Source: Desulfuromonadaceae bacterium | GTDB lineage: Bacteria; Desulfobacterota; Desulfuromonadia; Geobacterales; Pseudopelobacteraceae | NCBI GenBank assembly: GCA_036504875.1 | Contig: DASXUK010000070.1 | Span: 3,483 to 67,482, forward strand | DNA: 64,000 nt | Direction: 5' to 3' | In this document: piece after piece, positions 1 through 9,428 of the stretch | How the letters are laid out: the number at the start of each line of letters is the position of its first letter | Numbering within the stretch: position 1 is the stretch's first letter | Notes under the pieces: model-generated | The model's input: only the letters and a program-made list of their open reading frames with translations | What the model was told of the DNA's origin: nothing | Database searches by the model: none | Translations under genes and position numbers: made by a program

Positions 1-929
1 GCCGCGACCGGCTTAACCAATTCCGCCGGACGATAGGCCAGAATATTACCCTTGTTATCGGGGGCCACCTTTACCCCTGGGTGATGGTCGATAGCCAGCA
101 ATCCAAGCTGATCGGTCCAGGAATCCTCCGCTTCCACTTCACGGATCTCCAGATCATAGCTATCCCCTTGGGCTACCAACGGTTTTTGCAGCAGATAAAA
201 GTCGCGCATTTCACCTTGAGGAAAACGCCCCACGGAGTAGATATCGTTGTCCCGAACAAAGCCTTTCCCGTCCCAAGTATAAACCCAGGGGCAGGAGGCC
301 TTGGGGTTGGGGTCTTCACTCGCCTCAAGGGTAAATATCTTGGCCGGACTGGGTGGATCTTCAATGATCAAAGCAACATCATCTATATAAAAACCGGGAT
401 CAAAGTTTTGGATATAGGCCCGAAAGCGAAGATTAATACTCTTGCCGGAGTGCTCCGAGATATTGAATGCGTAGCGCTGCCAACCGCTTTCGGTCATCTT
501 CTCGTAAAAACGGCCTAGTAGCTGCCAGGTCTGTTTCCCGTCGGTCGAAATATAGAAATCTCCCTCGCCGTACTGCTCATAGTTGACGTCGATATAGGCA
601 TTAAAACTGACGCGCGCAATCTGGCCGGTTCCCAAGGTGGGTACGGTGATGGTGGGTGAATAGAGATTAGCTTCCAAGGTGCCGACGACCGTCCCTTTCT
701 GAGTTGTTCCCCAGCATTTACTGGAGGGATTGGTTTTTAACGGGGCACCCGGATTAAGGGGAGCTCCCCAGGCCCAGAGCTTTGCACCGTCGGCGGTGTA
801 CCCGCCTGAATCGCTTTCAAAACTCTGCTGATAGGAGGTTGTTACGGCTGCCAGGGCTGAAAGGGGAACGAATGAGATGAAAAAAGACAGGAAAATAATT
901 AAAAGGCAGAAATGTAGTATTTTTTTCAT
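1..929 (-). CDS. exported protein of unknown function (N-terminal part; gene runs off window start)
   Basis: Absent from the ORF track because it is open at the window edge. Reverse-strand ATG at 927-929 follows a GGAGGGA RBS. It reads MKKILHFCLLIIFLSFFISFVPLSALAAVTTSYQQSF..., a signal peptide with an AxA site, and the frame stays open to base 1. The antisense 81..518 ORF is therefore spurious. Confidence 0.6.
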   Translation of the reverse strand, partial: MKKILHFCLLIIFLSFFISFVPLSALAAVTTSYQQSFESDSGGYTADGAKLWAWGAPLNPGAPLKTNPSSKCWGTTQKGTVVGTLEANLYSPTITVPTLGTGQIARVSFNAYIDVNYEQYGEGDFYISTDGKQTWQLLGRFYEKMTESGWQRYAFNISEHSGKSINLRFRAYIQNFDPGFYIDDVALIIEDPPSPAKIFTLEASEDPNPKASCPWVYTWDGKGFVRDNDIYSVGRFPQGEMRDFYLLQKPLVAQGDSYDLEIREVEAEDSWTDQLGLLAIDHHPGVKVAPDNKGNILAYRPAELVKPVA

Positions 930-1424
930 GATCCCTCCAAAATTTGATTAAGCTTCACAAGGTGTAGGCTATCAACAGCTAGTGCAGATACGTAAGAGAG
1001 GAAAGGTCTCTGCTAAGTATAGATAAACTTGTATCAACTAAACCGGCTGTTTCAATTCAACAGATAGCTATTTATTTTCTGTACTAAGAGGTTAAATAAT
1101 AAGTCCTAGAATTTGGGCTTTTTGTAGAGTTTACCGGTCGCTTAAGCAGAATATTCCACACATAAGTCGGATATTCAGCAGCACCTTGATTTAAAACTAC
1201 TGCTGCATATCAAATAAAAACCTTCTATTACAGAAGCTTATATGACCATGACTAAGGTGGCACGTTACTTGGAAAGGAAACAGTCAGCCAAAGCATACTC
1301 AAGGGATCTGCTCATGAAAAACAAAGTATTCAATTAGCTCTTAATCTTAACCGTAGTTATGTTGCTTTCCATTTTAGCCTTCCATATAAGGACCGGGGCT
1401 ACCGCCAACTCGGTGGTTGCGACC

Positions 1425-1519
1425 GGTCAGACTATTGTCATGATCACCCACAATGCGGAGAACGGTTCTTTGCCGATCGGACGATTACTCTGCAGGACGG
1501 CCTGGTGGAGGATGTTTAG
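1425..1519 (+). pseudogene. frameshifted relic of the C-terminus of an ABC-transporter ATPase (LolD/MacB-like tail)
   Basis: One frame reads GQTIVMITHNAENG (H-loop region). Shifting frame near 1467-1469 continues FADRTITLQDGLVEDV* to TAG 1517-1519, the usual ADRxIxLxDGxI ABC tail. No Walker A/B lies upstream, so only about 30 codons survive. Confidence 0.4.
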
Positions 1520-1611
1520 CTCAATCGCAGTAATTCAGTTGAAAAGGTTTACGGTATCTTTTAGATCATTTTTTGCTTGTGCTTTTAAGGGGCTAAGTTA
1601 TAAACAATGCT

Positions 1612-2721
1612 ATGAAAACAAGCTCTCTTCGTGTTGCCCTTTTGGCCGTCTCGATCATCGGCATCAGCCTGCTGCACTACCTGACCCCGCTCCATTTGCA
1701 CTATTTGCACGACATTTTTCAACGCTTTTACTACCTGCCGATCATCCTGGCCGCTTTGTGGTTCGGTTTTCGCGGCGGCTTGGCCTGCTCAATCGCGGTC
1801 AGCATCGTCTATGCTCCGCACATCCTCTTTCAATGGGGCGGGCAGATCAGCGTTGAAATGGAAAAGTATCTTGAGATCGTGCTCTACAATATTGTGGGAG
1901 GGGTGACCGGGCTTCTGGCCCAACGTGAGCGCGAGCGGAGTCTTGAACTACAGAAAACAGCCGCCGGGCTGGAGGAATCCTATCATAAATTGCAGGCTCA
2001 GTCGGAACGGCTCATATCAATCGAGGAGCAACTCCGGCGCGCTGAAAAGCTCTCAACACTGGGGGAGATGGCCGCGGTACTAGCCCACGAGATCAGGAAC
2101 CCACTCGGCTCCATCCGCGGCACCGCCGAAATCCTGCGTGACGATTACCTGCCGGGCGAGCCCAAATACGAGTTCATCGAGATCCAGATCAAGGAAACCG
2201 AGCGCCTTAACCATGTGGTGGAGGATTTCCTGCGCATGGCGCGACCGCAGGCGGTCGAGATGAAGCGCTGCTCGTTGCGGGAGGAACTGGAAACCATTGC
2301 CACACTGCTGACCAACGATGCCCGTGAGCGGGGGGTGGGGCTGGTTCTGCATCACGATGATGCCTCCCCAGCTGCCTTGGTTAAGGCGGACGGCGAAAAA
2401 CTGCGCCAAGCCTTTCTTAATATCATAATCAATGCCCTGCAAGCCACGCCAGAGGGGGGCACCGTGACCATCACCACCCGCCAGAGCGATTCCTTCCATG
2501 AAATCCAGTTCAGTGACACCGGTCCCGGCATTGATGCAGCCACCCGGCAGAGAATTTTTGAGCCTTTCTTCACAACAAAGACAGACGGGACCGGCCTGGG
2601 CCTGGCTATAACAAAGAAGATCATCGAAGGGCATGGCGGTACGCTGGAGGTAGAAAGCCAGGTGGGCCACGGCACATCGGTTGTGGTCCGGTTGCCGAAC
2701 GCGCCTGAAGGAGCTCCATGA
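1612..2721 (+). CDS. membrane sensor histidine kinase (HisKA + HATPase_c)
   Basis: 369 aa. Hydrophobic N-terminal helices, H-box LAHEIRNPL, and N/G boxes NIIINALQA, DTGPGI, GTGLGL. ATGA overlap with the downstream regulator. Confidence 0.9.
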   Translation: MKTSSLRVALLAVSIIGISLLHYLTPLHLHYLHDIFQRFYYLPIILAALWFGFRGGLACSIAVSIVYAPHILFQWGGQISVEMEKYLEIVLYNIVGGVTGLLAQRERERSLELQKTAAGLEESYHKLQAQSERLISIEEQLRRAEKLSTLGEMAAVLAHEIRNPLGSIRGTAEILRDDYLPGEPKYEFIEIQIKETERLNHVVEDFLRMARPQAVEMKRCSLREELETIATLLTNDARERGVGLVLHHDDASPAALVKADGEKLRQAFLNIIINALQATPEGGTVTITTRQSDSFHEIQFSDTGPGIDAATRQRIFEPFFTTKTDGTGLGLAITKKIIEGHGGTLEVESQVGHGTSVVVRLPNAPEGAP

Positions 2722-4097
2722 AATCTAAAATACTGATTATCGACGACGATGCTTCCCTTCGCCGGGTTCTGGAATACAATCTTCAGCAAGCCGGCTATGA
2801 TGTAATTGCTGCTGCGTCAGGCGAGGAGGGTTTAAGCCTGTTTGCAGAGGAAAAACCGGCACTGGTCATCACCGACATGAAGATGCCCGGCATAAGCGGT
2901 CTGGAGGTACTGGCGGGGATCAAGGAAAGCTCGCCGGAAACCTTGGTGATTATCATTACCGCCTTTGGCACTGTTGATGTGGCGGTGGAGGCTATGAAGG
3001 TGGGAGCCTATGACTATATCACCAAGCCCTTTAACCGGGACGAGCTGCGCCTGACTGTCTCCAAGGCGCTGCAGTTCAACGGACTGGCGGAGGAGAACAG
3101 GCGCCTGAAGGACGAGCTGACTGATCGTAGCGATTTTCATACCCTGATCGGTTCGTCTTCTGGCATGGAAAAGGTTTTCCAGGTGGTGCGCAAGGTAGCT
3201 GACAGCGACGCTTCGGTGTTGATCACCGGAGAATCCGGCACCGGCAAGGAACTGGTGGCGCGTTCGATCCACGCCCTCAGCGGCCGCAAAAGCGCCCCCT
3301 TTGTTGCGATCAACTGCGCCGCAATTCCACGCGATCTTCTGGAGAGCGAACTGTTCGGGCATGTCAAAGGGGCGTTTACCGGTGCAATCAAAGACAAAAC
3401 CGGCAAGTTCTCCTTAGCCGACGGCGGCACCATTTTTCTGGACGAGGTGGGGGAATTGCCGCTGGAACTGCAACCAAAGCTGTTGCGGGCCCTGCAGGAA
3501 CGCCTGGTAGAGCGGGTGGGGGGCACCAGCTCCCAAAAGATAGATGTGCGGGTGGTGGCTGCCACCAACCTTGATATCGACAAGGCCTTGGCCGAGGGTA
3601 CCTTCCGCGAGGACCTCTACTATCGGCTGGCGGTCATCCCAATCCAACTGCCCCCCTTGCGCGAGCGGCGTGAGGATATACCCCTGCTGCTGCGCCATTT
3701 CAGCATTAAACACGGCGCCGCCAAGGTCAGCTTTGATAAATCGGCCCTGGCGGAACTGACCAGATACGGCTGGCCGGGCAATGTGCGCGAGCTGGAGAAC
3801 ACGGTCGAGCGCCTGCTGATCATGCGTGATAAAGACAGCATCACCAGCAATGATCTGCCGGAGAAAATCCGCCAGTTGCAAGTTACCGCTCCGGCGTCAG
3901 GGGCAAAGATCATCAATCTGCCCGATGAGGGTTATTCCCTGGAACAGCTGGAGCGGGAAGTGGTGGTCGAGGCTCTGGCCCGCAACCACTGGAATCAGAC
4001 CGCTGCTGCGCGATTCCTGCGGATACCGCGCCACACACTGATCTATCGCATGGAAAAGTACGAGATCGTAGCCGGAGAAAATTTGACAGGCGCCTAA
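2718..4097 (+). CDS. sigma-54-dependent response regulator (NtrC family: REC + AAA+ + Fis HTH)
   Basis: 459 aa. REC domain, Walker A GESGTGKE, GAFTGA sigma-54 contact loop, ESELFGH, and a C-terminal HTH (AAARFLRIPRHTLIYRM). Confidence 0.93.
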   Translation: MKSKILIIDDDASLRRVLEYNLQQAGYDVIAAASGEEGLSLFAEEKPALVITDMKMPGISGLEVLAGIKESSPETLVIIITAFGTVDVAVEAMKVGAYDYITKPFNRDELRLTVSKALQFNGLAEENRRLKDELTDRSDFHTLIGSSSGMEKVFQVVRKVADSDASVLITGESGTGKELVARSIHALSGRKSAPFVAINCAAIPRDLLESELFGHVKGAFTGAIKDKTGKFSLADGGTIFLDEVGELPLELQPKLLRALQERLVERVGGTSSQKIDVRVVAATNLDIDKALAEGTFREDLYYRLAVIPIQLPPLRERREDIPLLLRHFSIKHGAAKVSFDKSALAELTRYGWPGNVRELENTVERLLIMRDKDSITSNDLPEKIRQLQVTAPASGAKIINLPDEGYSLEQLEREVVVEALARNHWNQTAAARFLRIPRHTLIYRMEKYEIVAGENLTGA

Positions 4098-4127
4098 CCT
4101 GCTCAGATGCGTATGCACATAAAAAAC

Positions 4128-4156
4128 AGGCCACAAGGCATTCCACCCTGTGGCCT
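4128..4156. terminator. hairpin between convergent genes (regulator / gpmI)
   Basis: AGGCCACAAGG-cattcca-CCCTGTGGCCT: 8 bp perfect plus a 3-bp extension with one mismatch, preceded by an A-run. It sits in the 86-bp convergent gap. Confidence 0.5.
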
Positions 4157-4183
4157 AACCTCCAGCAAAACCGCCCGCCGGAA

Positions 4184-5725
4184 TTATCCTTCCAGAATCA
4201 AACTCTCGCCGGTCATCTCTTGCGGCTTGGCCAGCCCCAGCATTTTCAGCATGGTCGGCGCCAGATCCGCCAGCCGGCCACCTTCGCGCAGCTTTGCTCC
4301 CTTGCGGCTATCATCCATCAACACCAGCCAGACCGGATTGGCGGTATGAGCAGTGAAAGGCTCGCCCCCAACTCCCTGCATCTGCTCGGCATTGCCGTGG
4401 TCGGCTGTGATAAGCGCTGCACCGCCTTTTTCACGCACCTTGCTCACAATCCGTCCGACACAGGCATCCACCGCTTCAACCGCCTTGACTGCCGCTTCCT
4501 GGATCCCGGTGTGACCGACCATGTCACAGTTGGCAAAGTTCAATATGATTACATCGTAGCGGTCCTGATCGATGCGCATAAGCAGCTCGTCCGTAACCAG
4601 AAAGGCGCTCATCTCCGGTTTCTGGTCATAAGTGGCAACATCCTTCGGTGACGGTATCAAGCAGCGCTCTTCACCCTCGAAGGGGATCTCGCTGCCGCCG
4701 TTGAAGAAAAAGGTCACATGGGCATATTTTTCAGTTTCCGCGATCCTCAGCTGTTTCAGACCATTACCGCCCAGCACCCCGCCCAGAATATTAGTCAGTT
4801 CCTCTTGGCCGAACGCGATCGGGAGTCCGAAAGTTGCGTCATATTCTGTCATACAGACGTAGCTGGAGAGGCGGGGGTGACAGCGGCGTTGGAAGCCGTC
4901 AAAGCCATCCAGAGCGATGGCGCGGGTAATTTCGCGGGCCCGGTCCGAGCGGAAATTGAAGAAAATAAAGCCGTCTCCATCCTCAACCTTGCCAAGAGGC
5001 GCACCATCGGCAGTGATCACCGCCGGCAAGACGAATTCATCGTGCAGCCCGGCGGCGTAGCTGGCCTGGATCGCTTCAGCAGCCGAGCTGCGCGCTTCTC
5101 CCTCACCGCATATCAAGGCATTGAAAGCCTTCTCGACCCGTTCCCAGCGGTTATCGCGATCCATGGCATAGTAACGTCCCATGACCGTGGCAATTGTACC
5201 GCAACCGATTCTGGCGATCTCCTTTTCCAATTGGGCCAGGTAATCGGCACCGCTTTGGGGAGGGGTGTCGCGACCATCCAGCAGACAGTGGATAAAAACA
5301 TCCTTGAGCCCCTCGCGTTTGGCCATTTCCAGTAAAGCATAGAGATGGGTGATATGCGAATGCACACCGCCGTCGGAGAGGAGCCCGGCCAGGTGCAGCC
5401 GTCCGCCGCTGGCCTTGGTTTTGGTAATGCAGTCCAAAAGAACCGGGTTGCTGAAGAAGTCGCCATCCTGGATCGATTTACTGATCCGGGTCAGGTCCTG
5501 ATAAACAACCCGTCCAGCCCCTATGTTAAGATGACCGACCTCGGAGTTGCCCATCTGGCCCTCCGGGAGACCAACCGCCATGCCCGAGGTGTTGATCTGA
5601 ACATGAGGATATTCGGAGAGAAGGCCGTTCAGGTTAGGGGTATTGGCCTGGGCAACAGCATTATGTTCGGGATTGGGATTGATTCCCCAGCCATCAAGGA
5701 TCATCAGCAGGAGTGGTTTTTTCAT
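4184..5725 (-). CDS. gpmI: 2,3-bisphosphoglycerate-independent phosphoglycerate mutase
   Basis: 513 aa. Full-length iPGM pattern: [14 protein letters not shown]..., [13 protein letters not shown], ...ITADHGNAE. Confidence 0.96.
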   Translation of the reverse strand: MKKPLLLMILDGWGINPNPEHNAVAQANTPNLNGLLSEYPHVQINTSGMAVGLPEGQMGNSEVGHLNIGAGRVVYQDLTRISKSIQDGDFFSNPVLLDCITKTKASGGRLHLAGLLSDGGVHSHITHLYALLEMAKREGLKDVFIHCLLDGRDTPPQSGADYLAQLEKEIARIGCGTIATVMGRYYAMDRDNRWERVEKAFNALICGEGEARSSAAEAIQASYAAGLHDEFVLPAVITADGAPLGKVEDGDGFIFFNFRSDRAREITRAIALDGFDGFQRRCHPRLSSYVCMTEYDATFGLPIAFGQEELTNILGGVLGGNGLKQLRIAETEKYAHVTFFFNGGSEIPFEGEERCLIPSPKDVATYDQKPEMSAFLVTDELLMRIDQDRYDVIILNFANCDMVGHTGIQEAAVKAVEAVDACVGRIVSKVREKGGAALITADHGNAEQMQGVGGEPFTAHTANPVWLVLMDDSRKGAKLREGGRLADLAPTMLKMLGLAKPQEMTGESLILEG

Positions 5726-5903
5726 GTCAGTTCCTTCCCTGGTTCAATTAAAAGCAAAAACCTATTCTCACTCGCTCACTACGTTCGCTAGAGCTCACAG
5801 AGGCGCAGAGGAAGTCAAAGCAACAATTTTATACGTTTGTTTTTTTTCTCCGTGAGCTCTATGTGCTCTGTGAGAGATGGCGTTTGACACGAGCCTACGC
5901 ATC

Positions 5904-6362
5904 CTAGTGATGGTAAGGCTCGTTGTTCAGGATGGTAAAGGCGCGGTAAATCTGCTCCAGAAGAAAAACCCGCACCATCTGGTGGGTGAAGGTCATCCTG
6001 GACAGCGAGAGCAGTCGCCCCCTGCGGCGAAACTCCTCGGAAAAACCATAGGCACCGCCAATGGCAAAAACCAGATCGCCGGTGCCCGTATCGCGTTGCC
6101 TGCCGATGAAGCTTGCCAAACCGGGGGAATCCATCTGCTCGCCACGCTCATCCAGCAGCACCAGGGTAGCACCGCCAGGGATCAACTTATCCAGTCGCTC
6201 GCATTCGCGGCGGCGCATTTCCTCGGCCAGGGCTCCCTTTTCGTCACGAACCTCACCCAGCTCAAAGGGATTATAACGGCGAATGCGGCCGCTATAGTCG
6301 GCCACTGATTCTTTAACCCATTCTTCCCTGCTTTTACCTACCCATAGTACTCGGAGTCTCAA
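5904..6362 (-). CDS. rlmH: 23S rRNA (pseudouridine1915-N3)-methyltransferase
   Basis: 152 aa SPOUT protein in the conserved nadD-rsfS-rlmH order, with a 4-nt overlap with rsfS. Confidence 0.9.
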   Translation of the reverse strand: MRLRVLWVGKSREEWVKESVADYSGRIRRYNPFELGEVRDEKGALAEEMRRRECERLDKLIPGGATLVLLDERGEQMDSPGLASFIGRQRDTGTGDLVFAIGGAYGFSEEFRRRGRLLSLSRMTFTHQMVRVFLLEQIYRAFTILNNEPYHH

Positions 6363-6772
6363 AAATCACTGGCCTTGCGCGCTTCCAGGATCTCTTTCGG
6401 CAAATCAACTTTAGGGGCCATGCTCCACAGCCCATCCAGATCATAGTAGCTTCTGAGCGGGTCATGAAAGATATGCACCAGCACATCGCTATAATCCATC
6501 ACGATCCACTTACCCTCGCTGGCCCCCTCAATATCGTTGACCTTGCCGTACTTTTTGAGTCCGGTTCGAATGTTGTCGGCGATTGCCTGGACCTGCTTGT
6601 CCGAATTACCCGAGATAATGACCAGAACATCGGCGATTGACGAGACCTTGGAGATATCCAAAGCCCGGATGTCAAAAGCCTTTTTATCAAATGCCAGCTC
6701 CGCGCATTTAAGCGCCCGTTCGATCGGGCTCAATACCGGCTTTGTTGCAGTTTCACTTTTTTTTATAGGCAT
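6359..6772 (-). CDS. rsfS: ribosome silencing factor
   Basis: 137 aa. RsfS/YbeB core (DVLVIISGNSDKQVQAIADNI...WIVMDYSDVLVHIF). Confidence 0.9.
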   Translation of the reverse strand: MPIKKSETATKPVLSPIERALKCAELAFDKKAFDIRALDISKVSSIADVLVIISGNSDKQVQAIADNIRTGLKKYGKVNDIEGASEGKWIVMDYSDVLVHIFHDPLRSYYDLDGLWSMAPKVDLPKEILEARKASDF

Positions 6773-7413
6773 TTGCTATAGATCCTTTGCTCCTTGATAT
6801 ACGCCTCCACCTCAGGTGGGACTAGGTATTTTATACTATGTCCGGCGGCCACCAACCGACGGATCTCGCTGGAAGAGACATCCAGCAGGCAACCGGTTAT
6901 AAATTGGACTGTTATTCCTGCCTCGTGTTCCAGTCTGTTGAATATTGAATTATAACGAAATTGCCCCTGAATGGCAACCGGCAGGGCCGCCAGTGGATCA
7001 CTCACCGGACGCCCAGGACGTTCAACCACGATCAGATTGCAAGCCTGGAATATCTCCGCATAACGATGCCATAGCCCTATTTCCAGAAAGGAATCACTAC
7101 CGATAATGAAAAACAGCTCGTCGTCCGGGTATTCGGCCCGGATGCTGGTAATGGTGTCGATGGAGTAGGATTTTCCGAACCTTTGGCATTCGATGTCGGA
7201 CAGCTCAAAGCCGGGGTTATCGGAGATCGCCAGCCTGACTATCTCGTAACGTTGCTTAAAAGGAACCCCGCCGGTCAAAGGCTTGTGGGGTGGATCAGCA
7301 GCCGGGATGAAGATCATCCGGTCCAGGGCGCACAGCTCGCGGGCCTCCTCTGCAATTCGCAGATGAGCGATGTGTACCGGGTTGAATGTCCCCCCTATCA
7401 GGCCGATTCTCAT
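6763..7413 (-). CDS. nadD: nicotinate-nucleotide adenylyltransferase
   Basis: 216 aa. GGTFNPVHIAHL nucleotidyltransferase motif and a SSSEIR motif near the C-terminus. Confidence 0.92.
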   Translation of the reverse strand: MRIGLIGGTFNPVHIAHLRIAEEARELCALDRMIFIPAADPPHKPLTGGVPFKQRYEIVRLAISDNPGFELSDIECQRFGKSYSIDTITSIRAEYPDDELFFIIGSDSFLEIGLWHRYAEIFQACNLIVVERPGRPVSDPLAALPVAIQGQFRYNSIFNRLEHEAGITVQFITGCLLDVSSSEIRRLVAAGHSIKYLVPPEVEAYIKEQRIYSKCL

Positions 7414-7431
7414 TTTTTTACCGCTCCAGAT

Positions 7432-8565
7432 TCAAGTCTCTAAGATCTTGTTCTTGATGATCAGCATCTCGAAAGCCAGCGAGGCCTTCCGCACCAGCTT
7501 TTGCAATTCGGCCAGCCTCTTCCCCAGTGCATCCATATCAGCCGACACCAACACCGCCGCTACCACCTTGTTAAGCATAACTACCGGCAGGACCAGCAAA
7601 GAGGCTTCCGCGGGTATCGCAAGCATCTTCAGGATCTGGCTGTTTTCCGGGGTATTAATCAGGGCACCCAAGGAAAAGGCGCGCGTTTCAAAAATATCCC
7701 GCAGCACCGAAGGCTTGCTTAAGAGCATATTGAGACCGTCAAAGTCGGTTATTTTCTGCCCGTTTGAAATGGCCCGCCAACCGGTAGCAGCCGTGCCTCG
7801 CAAGATAAAAAGCGCGCAGGTATTGAATTCCTGTCCCAGGTATTTGATGAAGATATCAGCAACCTCGTCACGTTCTTTGGCCTCCGAGAATTCAACAGAA
7901 AGCCGGTCAATGGTGTACAGGTCAAGCTTGGTTTCCTGAATAAACATCTCTTCAGGCAGATCAGGCAGAGGTAGGGAAGCAAAACCTTCAAACTCCCTGG
8001 GGATCTCTATGTTCAGCAGTTCCCCGTTTTTACCCTGGTAAACTACTTCGATATTTTCCGATTCAACTGGCTCAGGCTTTACCAGTGCCGGCCGCCGGAG
8101 ACCACCACCTGGCACCCTGATATAGCGCAGGTCGCGGTTTACCTGGTAAAGCTTTTCCAGGGCAAACGAGATATGAATATCCGGGGCAATAAATGGCTGA
8201 ATAATATAACCGGTTACAAATGAGAGCTCATCGATGGCATTGATATCGGTCGGATCGGTCATGGCCACATGTAAGCGCTTGTTTTCAAGCTTGAAAGGGA
8301 TTACGCGATATCTTTCCGCCAGTGATGAGGGTAACAGGCTGTAAATATGGTAGGGCACCTCCATCAGCTCCTTGCGTGAAGCTGCCGGTACACCTAGTTT
8401 TTTACTCAAAAACTTAGCTAATTTGCCTTCCTCGATGAAACCTAATTCGATCAGACTGCTGCCCAGCTTGATGCCGAAGATAACCTGACACTTAAGGGCC
8501 TCCTCAAGTTGCTCTTGATTCAAGAGACCTTCGTTTATTAGCAATTCACCTAATTTTAATGCCAT
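7432..8565 (-). CDS. stand-alone T2SSE_N/MshEN-domain protein with GAF-like C-terminal region (no ATPase domain)
   Basis: 377 aa. The N-terminus carries two tandem 24-residue motifs, KLGELLINEGLLNQEQLEEALKCQ and KLGSSLIELGFIEEGKLAKFLSKK, separated by 5 residues. They match RLGxx(LVI)(LVI)xxG(LVI)(LVI)xxxxLxxxLxxQ. It lies 20 bp downstream of gspN. Confidence 0.7.
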   Translation of the reverse strand: MALKLGELLINEGLLNQEQLEEALKCQVIFGIKLGSSLIELGFIEEGKLAKFLSKKLGVPAASRKELMEVPYHIYSLLPSSLAERYRVIPFKLENKRLHVAMTDPTDINAIDELSFVTGYIIQPFIAPDIHISFALEKLYQVNRDLRYIRVPGGGLRRPALVKPEPVESENIEVVYQGKNGELLNIEIPREFEGFASLPLPDLPEEMFIQETKLDLYTIDRLSVEFSEAKERDEVADIFIKYLGQEFNTCALFILRGTAATGWRAISNGQKITDFDGLNMLLSKPSVLRDIFETRAFSLGALINTPENSQILKMLAIPAEASLLVLPVVMLNKVVAAVLVSADMDALGKRLAELQKLVRKASLAFEMLIIKNKILET

Positions 8566-8585
8566 TAAACCATCTCCATCACTTG

Positions 8586-9428
8586 CTAAAGTATTAGCGG
8601 ATTCAACAAGGTACCTTTGACCGGCACTTGATAAACGCCTGGAGAAACCATAAATTTGGCTAACAGCAGGAAGACCAGCTTCTGCTTCTCGAGAAAATCG
8701 GGTTTAGGCATGATCTCCAGAGACAGGTTAAGCGGAAGATTGATTGCATTTGCTCCGCTGGGGATATCTCCGGAAAGTCGCATGTAGATCCCGTCGCCCT
8801 GCAGGGTAAAGCTTTCCAGTCGAATCCTGTTGTTGGTTACCCGCACCATCCCCTGTGAACTCAGTTTGGAAACATCCGGTAGCGGAAAGGCACCCAGCTT
8901 GACACCGGAAAATTCCAGTTGGCGGACTTCCAGCTTCAATTCACCATTCAGCCCTTTAGGCCCCCGTTTAACTAGCCCTTCGCTCCGCAAGCTGCCCCCC
9001 ATCCTGGCTCCCAGGACTGTTTTAAAGAAAGGGATATCAGCCAGATTGATACCTTGAGCCTGGAGATCAAGTGCCTGCTTTCCGGTCAGGCCAATATCGG
9101 CTTTCAGCTGGCCGGCGCCGATGGATGCCGCTCCTTTCAGCGTGGCCCGACCGGTCAATAGCGGCAACAGAAGAAGTCGTACCTTAAGCCGCTCGCAGCG
9201 GACCAAAGCACCCTGCTCGGAGGAGAGTTGCAGGTTGTCCCAGGCCAGACCGGGAAGGAGGGTTTTGTGGCCGGCGGGGGATAGCAACAGCCCCTGGCCT
9301 GCCAGCACCTGGTTGATGGTGGAATTGATTCGCTCCGACGGGAGAAATATGTAGATGCACACCAGGAAAAGACCCAGTCCGGCCACTGCCAGAACCAAGC
9401 CTTTCAGCAGGCGCTGCCGCGTTGTCAT
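8586..9428 (-). CDS. gspN: type II secretion system protein N
   Basis: 280 aa. One N-terminal TM helix, GspN-like length and position after gspM, 4-nt overlap with gspM. Confidence 0.7.
   Translation of the reverse strand: MTTRQRLLKGLVLAVAGLGLFLVCIYIFLPSERINSTINQVLAGQGLLLSPAGHKTLLPGLAWDNLQLSSEQGALVRCERLKVRLLLLPLLTGRATLKGAASIGAGQLKADIGLTGKQALDLQAQGINLADIPFFKTVLGARMGGSLRSEGLVKRGPKGLNGELKLEVRQLEFSGVKLGAFPLPDVSKLSSQGMVRVTNNRIRLESFTLQGDGIYMRLSGDIPSGANAINLPLNLSLEIMPKPDFLEKQKLVFLLLAKFMVSPGVYQVPVKGTLLNPLIL

Noticed and set aside
81-518. 145-aa plus-strand ORF at the window start
   Set aside because: It is antisense to an open reading frame that starts at 929 with an RBS and a clear signal peptide and stays open to base 1. 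It has no motifs of its own.
1359-1856. 165-aa ORF spanning the gap and the start of the kinase gene
   Set aside because: Its 5' part is the frameshifted ABC-ATPase relic, and its 3' part runs out of frame across the well-supported histidine kinase start. It is not a coherent gene.
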